NCBI GenBank assembly: GCA_022605425.2
Contig: JAKIMF020000005.1
Location: forward strand, 1-64,000
Direction of reading: 5' to 3'
DNA length: 64,000 bases
Source: Hamiltosporidium tvaerminnensis FI-OER-3-3
Taxonomy: Eukaryota; Fungi; Microsporidia
Position numbers and translations under genes: made by a program. Position 1 is the stretch's first letter; the number at the start of each line of letters is the position of its first letter. The notes below the pieces were generated by a model. That model was not told the DNA's origin. It did not search any database and saw only the letters and a list, made by a program, of their open reading frames with translations. Shown here piece after piece: positions 15,301 to 29,400 of the stretch.

Positions 15301-16875
15301 GGTATTAAACATCCCCTATGCTTCTTTCTTCTTCTCCAAGGGTAATAGGAAAAACTTTGTTCATATTAAATAAAAAGAACTTTTTGGATAAAATTTTCTT
15401 ATAAAAAAATGCTTTAGGTAAAAATATAATACGGAAATAAACTGAATAATCGAATCATTTGCTTCAGAAAACTTTCACGGTGTTGTGGCCTGATATCCAA
15501 CAGCATCACAATATAATTTAACAATCATATATCTGAACTGTAACTGAAAACTATTTTTAAGATAATTCAATTTGCTGGGGAATACATTGAGATGCAAATA
15601 AAAATAATTAACATCATACGTCATCACTTTTATAGCCATCACACACTTTTTCATCCTTCCTGTTCACATTTCTTGAGTTACTTCTTCATTCCAACTTCAT
15701 CAATGAAAAATAATCTTTTGATATCAGAAACATAAGGATAGAAATTTTTAAAATATGTAAAGAAATTAAATTGTTTTAACCACAATCTTTTATTTGATTT
15801 AACACCAAAAGAAAAAATTAATAATTAAAACATGTGAACATCTCTAATATTTGTTTTTCCTGTTTTCAAAATTAGTAAAAGTTCAGTTAAAATTTCATTT
15901 CATTAGATTTTGTTTCAAAATATGATTTTTAAAACATTTCTGCAATTTTTTATTCTAAATTTTAAAAATATGTTTTTAAATAGTGATTTTACAGTTAAAA
16001 CGATTTATTCGTCAATATCATATGGTTACATTATTCAAATATCTCGATTTATTTCTAATTCATTCGAAAAACGTCTTACTAAATTTATAAAAAAATTTAA
16101 CCCTACTTGTACTATGCTAAAATCATAAATATTTAATTTTTTCTATTTTGAGCGTAAACAATAAATTTAAATTGTATTTGTAATTTTTGGTGAAGGGAGG
16201 ATTGCCACAAAAAAAATTTCTGGTGGGCATTGAGTATGTGAAACTGGTATGAAGATCATTGTTTGGATTTAGGATGGGAATTAAAGCACACTATATTTTC
16301 TGTTTTCCCGTAAAGGTTTGTATGAGGAAGTCTACGCAATAGTAAGACTTTTCTAAAAATTTATTTGTAGTTTTTTGTGTGGCAGAATGGAACCTCAGAC
16401 GAACTTGTAAGCCATTGTCATAAAGAAGAAGCATTGAGCCTTGGCCTTGCTTACTCGTGTTATAAGATTAGCGCCTGTGATATTAAAATAAAAATTATTT
16501 AAAGCCATAAAAGCTAACTAGCAGGTTGTATCTGTTGGTATGACACCGCACTGTCTAGATAGATTAGATGTAAGTCTCTAAGATATAACTTAGCCAGACG
16601 TGAATTAGATTCGGTAGGCGCTGCGTTAGTGGAAACGCCGCATAGTCTTGGGAGAACTAAAGATGGGCTTGGCTCGTGAGTACACATAATGAAATCGACA
16701 TTAACGCACACCGAGAAACCGCCTCGTCTATTAATTAGGTCTTCACATTTTTTAGATGAAGGGCTTGGGAACGTGGGTATCGTAAAAATACTGAAGGTGT
16801 GTCGGGTAGCATTTATTTATTTATGTTAAACCTTAACTACGTTGAAGTCACAAATACAAATTGAAAACTTACCAT
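12331..16875 (-). pseudogene. Family Y copy C: apparently full-length (~4.5 kb, ~1500 codons) but disrupted
   Basis: Stop at 12331-12333 after KLPIMVNFISLLRLVI. Candidate ATG at 16875-16873. Includes residual ORF 16514..16711 (LAKLYLRDLH vs LAKIYFGELH in copy A). Confidence 0.65.
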
Positions 16876-19329
16876 TCTTAGTAAAAAAAAATGTAATGTT
16901 TTGAATAAGATTATTGTTTTAGTCATCTCCCTCTAAAAGTAAATATGCCTTGGTATTAAAACTATATCATTTTTAGAATAATTAAGAAGATGTAAAATTA
17001 TATTTGTTATCAATAGCACTTCTAAACATTTCAAAAGATGTTGATATATGTATTCATTATAAGTATAACATGCCCTATATATGCGAATGTTAATAAATGA
17101 AAAAAATATAGATGTTCCTTCGGTTTTCAGAATAATCGATCTTTCGTTTTCTTAAAGAGCAATTTCAATATGATTTCTTAATTCGGGCATCATAAGGCTA
17201 ATACTATATGTCTTAAATAGTAATATAATCAACGAAAAATTATTTTCAATTTAAAAATTGTAATTTAATAGAAGGATAGTATTGTGCCTCTTTTCGTTTT
17301 AAATATTTCTGTATGTTTTTAGCACATAGTTAAAATTTGAAGAGAGTAAATTTAAGAAATTCATCGCAAATTGCATTTTTATTCTTCGTATATTTCTAAG
17401 TACGATATATATTGATCGTGTTCTCATATCGTTTATACATTATTTCACGAAAAATTAATAAAATACCTTAAAAATAGATAGATGATGTATAAACCGTATT
17501 CAGTTATCTAAAATTATATTTACTGCTGTAGCTTACGGTGTGTCAAAAAAAAATTTATAATCTATGTGAATTGTTTGAAGCCAGTCAGAAATTTATATTA
17601 TCAGGAAACTAAGAAATTCTTCTCTTTATTTTGCAACAAACAAATTTAATTTAAACTTTTACACAAAAGAGAGTCGGAAGGTAAAGTTTTTTGATAAATT
17701 ATATCTATTTAAGCATTTAAAATAATCAATCGTCAATCATTTTTACACATTTAACTATTTAAACCATATGTTTTTAAATGAATAAGCAGTTCAAAGATCA
17801 GGTTTCCCATGCGATCTCATATTACACACATTTATATAAATCTTAAGTTATTATCTTGGCATTTATATTCTAATAATATATGCAATTTAGAACAGAGATG
17901 TTTATCCAATTGGTTGGAATGTCGAAAATACATCCAGTAAGACGTATGTTTTTGTGTTTTTCGTAAAAGATAATAAAGAGTATCTATATTTGATGTCTAT
18001 TTGGTAAGCGTACGCTTCTATAAGAGCATAAATATATGAATTTTTTTTTCTCTAAATCTAAAAACCAGGTATGACACAAATACGGACAATAATGCATCTA
18101 AACATATAATGAAGCGAAAAAACATAATAAAGAATGAAAATATGAATTGATAATAGAATATTTTCAAATAAAGATAAAGTACTAAAAAATCAATATATAT
18201 TTTATACTATACTTGATTAACATTATTTCAGTATGATTTAGAAATCCATTGTTTTGTGAGTGTGATCCCAAAGTTTGATTCTACATTTTTAAGGAATCTT
18301 CTAAAAAATTTCTAAAGATTGCCAATCTATTTCCGATTCACTCTAATTTAATACCTCTTTTTCTAGGCTTATTAAGATTTAATAATTTAGAAAAAACATA
18401 AATATATTTTCTTTATTCATCTATCTTTAGAAAAATTATGTTTCAGATTAAATCTAAAAATTGAATTGATAAAGTCACAGAAAGTAAAAGAAGTAATACC
18501 CGCTAACTTAGTCAAAAATTTTATACAAAAATAAAAAATTTAAAACCCTATTTGCATCATGAACTAGTTCTATATTAATTTCCTTAAGAGAACAATTGTA
18601 AAAAATATTAACGATAATTGCAATTTAAATAAAAAAAATTGCTATTTATGCTGAGCACAAACGCTACTTGGTAAAGATTCTTTTTCTGTTTCATTTACTT
18701 ATACTTTTTTCGCTAGTTTTCAAATAGTACTACTTTTTTCCTGTATATAATGATAATCTAGAAACAACGCATATAATAAAAATTCAGTTTAAAAATCTAA
18801 TTTATCTCTAAAATAAAATATTCATAAACAGATATAAAGGATTCCTATTAGAGGACTTCGAATAAAAAAATTAGTTAAATCAAATAAAAATACTGGTCAA
18901 TAACCTCTATTATAAGATATATTATTTCGGGTTTTCACTTAATTTTATACTCAATTCTTATAAAAAACGCTAAATATATTCCTTGTAAATCTGTCTTTTT
19001 TTAGTAACTTCATCGTTATACATCATACTATTATATAGTCGATTAAAGTATTGAGTAGAATTTTTATTGCTTTTATCTTTTTTTAAAAAATCCCATCTGA
19101 ACTATAATAGATTGTTATAAAAAGAAAAGGAATATATATACTTGTAAGATTTTATTAAGCCATAATAACTATTCAGAATATTTAGTTAAGATACGAACGT
19201 TCTACCTGTCTTATTTCACCATATTGCGCCGTGCTTTATCGAGTAAAGTTCGGAATATAATATGTCTTCCTTTATTATGAACCTCTCATTGTTCTTTTTT
19301 TATTAGAAAACTCAATTGTAAACCTTTAA

Positions 19330-19700
19330 AAATATCCCGAATAAGAACAACTTGGCGCCTATGCTAACAATTTATTTTGAGAACAAGTTACAGCGAATAT
19401 AATAACCAAATATATTTTAATGATCAATATTTGGTTGCTATAACATTTTTCTCTAGTATTATTACAAATAACCTTATCTCTATTATCTTTCTTATCAGAA
19501 CCTTTATAATTTCCATATATATAATAAAATCCCTCTCTTAATCATTTATCAACCATGCACTAGTTTCTATTATACATATAATTAAATATACCTGCCTATA
19601 ATCTATATAAAAATAATACCTCTCTTTATTTCTTAACCTTTATCCTCTATTCATTTTATATTTAACGTTTTTTGATTGTCTAAACCTGAAATAGTCTCTG
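19330..19700 (-). pseudogene. Possible relic of a LINE APE endonuclease N-terminus
   Basis: Minus strand at ~19550-19590 reads LIICIIETSAWL, resembling the APE motif DIICITETWL, and is preceded by LRNK. Heavily decayed. Confidence 0.3.
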
Positions 19701-20999
19701 AGCAATACATTATCTTTATTTCTTTATCAATATAAAAAGAGTTACTATTTAGAATTCATAAATATTAAAATAAAAAAGTTTTTTATCTTCTCCAATATTA
19801 CTTTGTCCTATAATTTATTTCTGATTGGTATTTTTATTTCTTTTGTTCATTGATTATCCTTCTTGTTACGTTAAAAATTTATTTTAAACGGTTGCTAAGC
19901 TAACAAGCACCAAGTTTACCAAAGCCCTATATATGGTGAAAAGACTCAAAATATAAATGAGATGTTAAAGTAAAGAAAAGAAAATATTAAAACTATAAAG
20001 CCAACAAAATCAGTGCAAATATATCCGATAATAATAACATATATTAAATTGTATTTTGATACATTAAATAAACTTTCTTATATTCATTATTTCTTATTAC
20101 TTTGTTAGATGGTAATAACATTCTTAGAATTCGGATATTTCATTTTACGTCTTAAATTCATTATAATTTTACGTTTTATCTTTAAACTGTTTTCTTATTT
20201 CTATTTCATGCTTTTGTGTAAGTCGTACTTTTTATCTCTTTTTCATTTTTTGACTATATTTCCAAAATTATTTTTAAATTTCTTAATTTTTTGCAATTAA
20301 ATTTCATATCACCATAATAATCAATTTCCGCGTATTGTACACATTCTTGTTTAATTAATGTTAAATTATAGAATTTATTTTCATGCTATATCTATTTAAT
20401 ATGACTTAAATAAGATTTGTGTAAATTTCATACTTTAATAGAAAATCTAAAAATAAGGTAGGTTATCTTAGAAATATTTAATTAAGTTCACAGAATATAC
20501 ACTGTGAAAGTAAGTTAGATCTAGTGTGAAGTATGTTATGTCTTTTCTATATTCTTATTTTTTGATTGATTATATCTTTGAAAATTATCATTTAAAAATA
20601 AAATAAGTTTTTTTAAGAATATTACATTTTAATATAAGCAGAAAGGTAGCGAGAATGTCTCTTTATAGGAAAAATATTGTGTCTATGAAGATTTACTAGG
20701 TTTTATAATCTTTTATGACTTCTAATTGAAAAAAACGAGTTAAAAGAACATATAATTTGTGCTAAGAATACTGTATATTCATAGGTATTTTATATAGTTT
20801 AAAAATCTTCGTTTAAAACAAAAATTATTCTATTTTAATGTGATATGTATTTTTTATTTTTTAGTTCTGTTGACAATATCTTAAAGTGTATGGGAACGCT
20901 TCTAAAATTACTAAATATTGAGTTAAAAAACATACATACTAATTAGAGTTTTAAAATTAAAACTTGCAGTATTTATTGTAAATTTTTGCGTGTATTTTT

Positions 21000-23900
21000 T
21001 TTGATTTTTTTAAGTATAGTCTCGGACTAGTTTTCGTATTAACATTTAAAAAATTGTAAAAAAAAATAAATTCTAAAAATATATAATAGCTAATGTCTTA
21101 AAAATTTCTGCAAATACAAAGCTAAATTTATAATAACCTATTAAGTTACTTAGGCCTAAACTATATTATTTGTTCTTACTAAGATTTATTAATAATCTTT
21201 TTTCATTAGTTTCAAGTTTTTCGGTCTATAATGCATGAAGCAATCAAGTTTTATAAATAAAAGATTAGATATATAAATTTACTAAAATTGCAACAAATTC
21301 TCGGATAAAAACATAATGAGTCTATATATTTTTAAATTAAGTCATGTTTTCTATTAAATTTTTTTATTATTTTTTATTCAAATTTATTTAATTCATTTTA
21401 CTATAGTGGTATTTACAATTCCAAAACTATGAAAAATACTGCAACCGAAATATATTTTATTTTTTTAAAAAATTTCTGCAAACACTACTAATAGGTGTGC
21501 AATAATATTTTTTGTCTCCTTTAGTTTTATATTTGGAATTTTTTTCAATATTTTTTATTACCTAAATTTTTCAATTTTTTCATTACATTTTTCTATAGTA
21601 AATTAACGATTCAAAAATATTAAAAAAAAACGATTTTAAAAATATTTGTTTAATTAGAAGTATATTTTCTTAAAATATATCAAATGCTTGGTTTTAAATA
21701 TTATTTTATAGTTTGAAATAAAATTTGATCCTTTTTTCTATTAAATTTTGTTACCTAATTTAGTCTGATTTTGTTCGGTATATTTTCTATATAATATATG
21801 AAACGATCTAAAAATTTGTAAAACTGTGGTTAAAAAAAATATTGGCTCAGTACTTTAAAAATAATTTTAATATTACGAATGATATTTTGTTGAGTCGATA
21901 GTTCTATTTGTATAAAATTTGATTATGTTTTTTGTAATCTTTAAATACCTATGTTTTTAAATTCGTGCAATTCATTTTACTATAGTAGTATTGACAATTC
22001 CAAATCTATGAAAACTAAGACAAGAAAATATTATGTTCTAATACTTTAAACCCACTAAAGATATAACAATTTATCTTATAATAACTATATAAATGTATTT
22101 GAAATAAAATTTTATGCAGTTTTCTTTCGAATATTGGAACTTTATTTTTTTCGATTGAGCTCGATATATTTTCTATATAGTATATGAAACGATCGAAAAT
22201 TAGAACAAAAAAAAATAAAAGAAATTAAAAGAAATGTTGGTTTTAATCCTTAAAGATACTTTTAGCACTAGCAATTATATTTTAATGAGTTAATGGATTT
22301 GTTTCATATAAAATTTGTAAATGTTTTAGTTTATTTTTAAATACCTACTTTTTTAGATTTTAGTTGATCTAGTTTCCATATAATCGTATGTAAGATTCTA
22401 AAGTATTACAAAAAAATTATACTGAAAAAATATATTATTAAAATATTAGAAAAAGCAGGAAAAGTTTCAGATATTTATTATATAATTTTATGTTTTGATT
22501 TATAATAAAATTGGCTTATTTTTTGTGTGAATTTATACTACCAATTTTTTTTCTTTTGTTAAAATAGTTTCCGTATATAGTATGTACAATTCTAAAATAA
22601 ACGGAAATTTAATTTTTACAAAAAAATATGTTTCATTGTTTGAAAAACATTAAAATATATTAAATAGTTCGTAAATACTATAATTTTATGATGTTTAATG
22701 TAAACTTTATTACTTTTATTTTTCTATCTTGCTAGACATCTTTTCTTGTAACTTTATAAAATAATTCCAAAATACGTAAAAAAATAAATTCAAAAAAATA
22801 GTTTTTAATTTTAAACTACTTACAAATACTAAATATGACTTTAAAATAAAACATTAACATTGTTCAATATAAAATTCGTTTATTGTTTCTTATAAATTTT
22901 TAATACATATTTTTTCAAAATTATTCAATATAGTTTACTATAGTGGTATGAAAGATCCTGAAATCTGTAAAAAAAAGTCAAAAAGAAATATGATTAAATG
23001 TTTAAAATTTATTTTATAGTACAAATGAGTTTATAAATTTAAGTGGATTATCTAATATAAAATTTAGGCTAGTAAAAGTAAATTTTTCTAAATCTATTTT
23101 TTTAAATTTTATTCAATACATTTTACCATAGTAGTTTGAACGAATTGAAAATTGTACGAAAATGGATTAAATATATATATGTTTTTAAAAGATTAAAAGC
23201 AATGAAAATATATCAAATCTTCATAATAGAATCTATTAAAATGTTTACAACAATCTTTCTTGATTCGCTTGTGGTTTTTCTAAATCTATTTTTTTTTACT
23301 TTTATTTGATTTGGTCTATATAGTCGTATAGACGTTTATAAAATTTTGAGAAAATAGATTTAGAAAAATATATGTTTTATTAAATAAGAAATGCTAAAAG
23401 CATTGGATTTGAGGCAACTAATTTTATTTTATGCTTGACAATAAAATCTGTTCATATTTTGTATTAATTTTATTTTATTTTTACTTTGTTCAATATATTT
23501 TGCATATAATACATGAAACACTTTGAAAATGATTAAAAAATTCAACTCAAAAGATATATAATCTAATGTTTCAAAATTTCTGTAGTGCTTCAGATTAGTT
23601 TATGATAATATAACATATTCTGTTTATAATTGTATCTGTTTATATTTTGCCAAAGTAGCATTACCTAATTTTTTTCTATTTTCTTCAATATATTTTCTAT
23701 ATATTGTATTAAGCAATCAAAAAACTTTAGCAAGATGATCTAAAAAAATATTCGAATTGTACTTAAAAAATTCTTAAATACTAACAGAAAGTTTATAATA
23801 AAACCAATACGTTTCTTTATTTTACAATTAGGTGATGTTTTCGTCAATCTTATTACCTAATTTTTTCGATTTTGTTAGATATATTTTCTATTATATCAGT

Positions 23901-24470
23901 ATAAGATATTCAATAAAAATGAAATTCATAAGAAATAAGATTAACTTATTAAAAATATTATAATATACTACGAATAGTTTATAATGAATCTATAAGATTG
24001 TTTAATATTTAATTAAGTCATTTTTAGTGTGAAATTCTGTTTCTTTATTTTTTTAGATTTTTTCAATTCGGATTACTATAGTGCAATGAAAGATCCAAGA
24101 ATAATGAAAAAAATTAAATCTGAAAAAATGCATTAGGTTTGATATTAAGGAATGATATACATATAAAAATATCGGGTTGATATTTTTTTTAATTGATTTG
24201 CCTTTGAATTTAATTATTTTTATTGTAATTTAACACCAATTTTTTCTTTAAATTATTTTAATATATTTTGTATATACTGTATAAAACGATATGACAAGTA
24301 TGAAAAAATTCTTTTAAAATATATAAGATTTTATATAAAAAAACTTCTTGAATACTAAGAGTAATTTAACAATAGTTAATTATGTTTCAGAAATAAAAAG
24401 TACTTATATTTCTTTTAAAATTTTTCCTAGATTTTGTTTGGTATAGCTTCATTATATATATCAGTAACAA
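21000..24470 (+). repeat. Diverged ~190-bp tandem repeat, array 1 (~18 units)
   Basis: Motif (c/t)tatatagt.gtatgaaacgat recurs near 21400, 21595, 21785, 21978, 22172, 22375, 22572, 22937, 23125, 23315, 23505, 23700, 23890, 24076 and 24270. Confidence 0.85.
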
Positions 24471-24489
24471 TCCAATTTTTTTAAGTATC

Positions 24490-26480
24490 CATATAATTAA
24501 CACCCTTTATTTAGTAAAATATATCCGTATAATTAACACCCTTATTTTGTTTATTATTGTCTTATTACTAACACACTTTTAAATTTTAAATATTTTTTCT
24601 TATCAATAACACCTTGTTATTTATTCGTATAAATATCTATTATACTTAGACCCTTTTGTATAGATTTAACCCTATTTATATGGTAAGGCCTTTCTATATA
24701 TATCCTTTGAAATTCTATTTTCAATAAAACCCTGCTATCTCATCAACCAATCACTTTATTTACAAACTCCCTGTTATTTATATTGAAGTATTTCTTGTTT
24801 ACTAACATTTTGTTATTTATTCCTATAAATTCTAAGATCCAGTAAAACACCCTTCTAGCGCAAATTATAAGTCTCTATTATTAACACCCTGTTATTTATT
24901 GTATAAATGCCTAGATTTGTAACAGCCTTTTATATACTGCTTTAAATATTATTATTAACACCCTGTTATTTATTCTATAAATGCTTAGATTATTAACACC
25001 CTTTTATATACTGTTTTAAATATGTATTATTAACACCCTGTTATTCTTCATTATGAACATCTCTATAAATAACACCTAATTTATTTATTTTTTACTAACA
25101 CCCTTTTATTTTTCATTTCGTTTTTTATTTTCTTAAATCCCTATTATCCTTTCCTATAAATTTTATAATTATTAACACCCTCTTATATATCTGGAGATAT
25201 TTCATAAATTAACACCCCGTTATCTATTTTCTGAAGCTTATTTACTAACACCCTGTTATATTTAAATAGGAATATTATATAAATTAACACCCCTTTATTT
25301 ATGTATATAAATAGCTTTATATTAACACCCTAATTATATATCTATCTTTATAATAACACCCCTTTGTTTATCTATATAAAATGCTTTATTATTAACACCC
25401 TAATTTTATATCTATCTTTATAATAACACCCCTTTGTTTATGTATATAAATAGCTATACTACTAAGACTCTTTAAAGTATAACCTTAATATAAATAACAC
25501 CCTTATAATTTCATCTTAATCACTAACACCGTAATAACACTTTATAACATTAACACCCCGTTATTGATACAGCCTATATTAACACTCTTTATCCACTACA
25601 ATTTGTCTAACACCCTTTATCTACTACCATGTATATTAAAACCCTTTTATACATCTGTCATAGAAATACTACCCTTTATCTAATATAAATAGTATTAAAA
25701 CCCTGTTATTGTTATGTTTTTCAATAAAAAACTTTATTAGTTACTTCGTGATTAACACCTTTTTATACATATGTCTTGAAAATAACACCCTTTATTTAAT
25801 ACAAATGTTGATTATCACCCTTTCTTTATCACAATTGTGATTAACACCCTTTTATACATATGTCTTGAAAATAACACCCTTTTTTAGTTGCAATTGTGAT
25901 TATCACCCTTTATTTATTACAATTGTGATTAACACCCTTTTATACATATGTCTCGAAAATAACACCCGTTATTGGCTATAATGTGATTATCACCCTTTAT
26001 TAGTTACTTCGTGATTAACACCCTTTTATACATATGTCTTGAAAAAAACACCCTTTATTAAATACAATTGTGATTATCACCCTTTATTTATTACAATTGT
26101 GATTAACACCCTTTTATACATATGTCTTGAAAAAAACACCCTTTATTAAATACAATTGTGATTATCACCCTTTATTTATTACAATTGTGATTAACACCCT
26201 TTTATACATATGTCTTGAAAAAAACACCCTTTATTAAATACAATTGTGATTATCACCCTTTATTTATTACAATTGTGATTAACACCCTTTTATACATATG
26301 TCTTGAAAATAACACCCTTTATTAGTTACAATTGTCATTATCACCCTTTATTTATTACAATTGTGATTAACACCATTTTATACACCCATATTAATATTAA
26401 AACCCTTATAATTTCTTGCTTTACCACTAACACCTTGTTGTTTACACCCCCAATCAATACTACCCTTATAAGTTACACCC
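24490..26480 (+). repeat. TAACACCC-core minisatellite with an 88-bp higher-order repeat at 25750-26380
   Basis: Dozens of same-orientation TAACACCC/TATCACCC cores about 29-42 bp apart. gattaacacc starts at 25750, 25839, 25927, 26013, 26101, 26189, 26277 and 26365. Confidence 0.95.
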
Positions 26481-29400
26481 TTTAATTGTTTTCCTAAATT
26501 TATTTCCTTTAAATCCCTTCTTGTCTTATTATCTCTAAAATCAATGATAAGCAGATACTTTTTTTAAATAAATAGATTAGAAAGTATGGTTGCTTAAAAA
26601 CATTAAGTCTTCATTTGAAATACTTTGTTACAATTAATTTTAAATACAATTCATTTTTGATATTTAAAATATATATAAAATCATTGTTCATATATATGCT
26701 TTATTGAATAGTAATTACTTATATCTTAATTTTAAAATAATAAATTCTAGTATATTATTTACAGATTTGCTAATATTTATTGAATTAGAAAAAGTATTTT
26801 TCTAATAATAATAAAATGTTTGTAAGAGAAGTGGAATTCTCAGTACTTTTGTTTAGTACATTATAATTATTAAAATAAATTCAATTGCGTTAATTATATC
26901 TATTTCTTTATTTTATTTTTTCTATTATATTTTCATTTTATTTTAAATCACTTATATGTAATTTTAATTTTATTCGGTTTTTAAAGCTAAGAATTTATTA
27001 TAAACAACCATTTAAAGATTTGTTAATCTCAATCAAGAATAAATAAAAAGAAAAGTGAATATTTTATATTTCAAGTTCTTAAATTTTATTTTTTATTTGT
27101 AAAACAGAAAAAAATAAAAATTTGAAAAAAATTAATTAAAAGCTTTTTTATGTTAATATGACGTTATTCTTTATTTAATAAGTTGTAATAATTGTTTAAG
27201 TTCATATAAGTAAGTATTATCTAAATATTAAGCATTTTAACAAATTGAAAGATTATTCAGGATAGTGTATATTAAAAAATTATATAAATCAGATCTCTAA
27301 ATCAAATAAAGAGATTAAGTCCAATACTAACGATCAATAATAATTTTTAAAATGAAATTTGTTAAAGGTGGAATGACATATAAAAAATTATTTCTTCAAT
27401 TTTCTTTAGTATATATTAGGCATAAGGCTTTATTAACAATGAAAAATTTAAATTCATTAAAAAGCAACTCATTGTTAATTTAAATAAATAAATTGTCGAT
27501 TGAAAAATTTAAACAAAAAATAACGATTTAAACATATATTCGAAATATCAAGGTTGAGGCATAAATAAAACCAAATTGATTAATAAATTAATATATTTTA
27601 AAAAAACTTTTAAGTATTTTCACTCAGTTTTTTTCTTTAGTATGAAAATGCTGTTTAATTATCCTAAAATTATTTGAATTATTTGAATATTTTATGAGCA
27701 ATTTTTATTCTTAAATATAATTTCTAAATATTTTTTTTGACATTTCACAAGAAAGAAAAGTAGTTTTATATATTTTAAAATACTTTTTTTTTACTTTTAG
27801 ATGTTTTACATTCTATTTATATTTATATATTCATTACTAGGTTGAAATTCCTGTAAAAGGTTATAATAATACATTCTTCTTCATATAGATCGTTATATAT
27901 TACCTTGTTTGGTTTAAAAATAGAATTAATTGTGATATTTATTCATGAATTCAAATCATAAATAAAAAACTAATTTAAATATAAAATTTTATGAAATAAA
28001 AGAAGTTTATTAGAATTTATCTTTTTCTCGGGTGATTTAATAATTTAAAATTTTTCTATAAGATTCGTGATAACTACTTCTATATTTGCGAGCTTTTTTA
28101 GTATTGAATTGTAATTCTTTAGTTAAGAAACTGATTTAATTTTTTAAAGCTTTATTATTCGTTATATCTTTTTCATATAAAATATCTAATATATATCTAA
28201 ACTTTTTCATTTGGCTGAAGAAACTTGTATTTGTTAACTATCAAATAAATTCTTTACGATACTAAAATTTGTATAACATAGTTTAAAGCATTATTTTTAA
28301 TTTATTTGAAATGAACTATATGTTTTTCATAATTTGGTTATACTAGCAAAATTCAATAATATAAAAAATAAACTGAAACTATTTTTTTTAAATATAGACT
28401 AAAAAGCTATGCTTTTATAAGTTATGAAAATTAGTAAACCCACCATAAAAATGAATAGTAACTGTAAAAAATAATTTTATTAACAATATTTCTTGTATCT
28501 AATCTAGTTCGATATACAGAAATTTGTATTTCAAATCATTTTAGTTAAATTTTTTAAACTAGAATTGCATACAATTTATAATGTAAAAACTGTTTTTTAT
28601 TTTAAATTTATGTATCTCAGGATGATATACCGATCTTATATAGAAATAAGTGTAAGATTTTCTGTTTTTTATAGATTAATTCATATAATAATTGATTATT
28701 GGATAACTGAATGATTTATTGTATCACTAAAATATTTTTAATAATTCTTGAATTTAAAGATATAATTTATCCGTTTATTTAAAACTTAGAATTATGAGGC
28801 AACAAATCTGTTTATTTTGCACAAAAAAATATTCTAAATATATATTGTTGAAAAATTATGTTCAACTTAATTATTTTAGTAAAGAATAGATTGTTTCATA
28901 ATATTTAATTAGTTGCTCAAATTTATTTACAGTAAATTAATTATCATTAAGGAAACGTTATTATCTTGATATATCAAATTTTTAATTTAGAATTTGTTTT
29001 TACCAAAGAAAATGTGCATTCAGTCCTTATATTCTATGAAAAAAGCTTTTTTAAATGAATTCATAATACAATGAAATTTTTAAACCTGTTTTCAAGTATA
29101 ATAAAGTTATTTCAAATTTATTTTCTTTACTACGATAAAATCTTAATTCTTACATAAATCTAGATCAATAAGTTAATTTACTATTTTTGTTTGGTAATTT
29201 CTTTTTTGGGATATTTTTACTGATGTTACAACGAATATTTTTTTTCAGAACCTTGATGCAATTTTTTGATATTTATATGTAAATGTTTGTTCTAATAAGC
29301 TTTAAACGTAAATTTATTCATTTAAACTATAATTTATGTTTTAGATGATTATAACTCTGAATTCTACTAAAAAAAAGTAATTTTTTTTTATGGCTAAATC

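Noticed and set aside
15670-15870. TGKT ... FFIDEVGM, resembling a PIF1/Helitron helicase or Tc1-type motif
   Set aside because: Copy A reads TGEQ and FIEEIGM, and I found no other helicase or DDE motifs. Not supportable without a profile search.
1-16875. Alternative genetic code (TAA/TAG read as Gln, or TGA as Trp) to explain shared stops
   Set aside because: The LINE ORFs are long under the standard code and end in TAA/TAG. The Y copies also have frameshifts, so decay explains them better.
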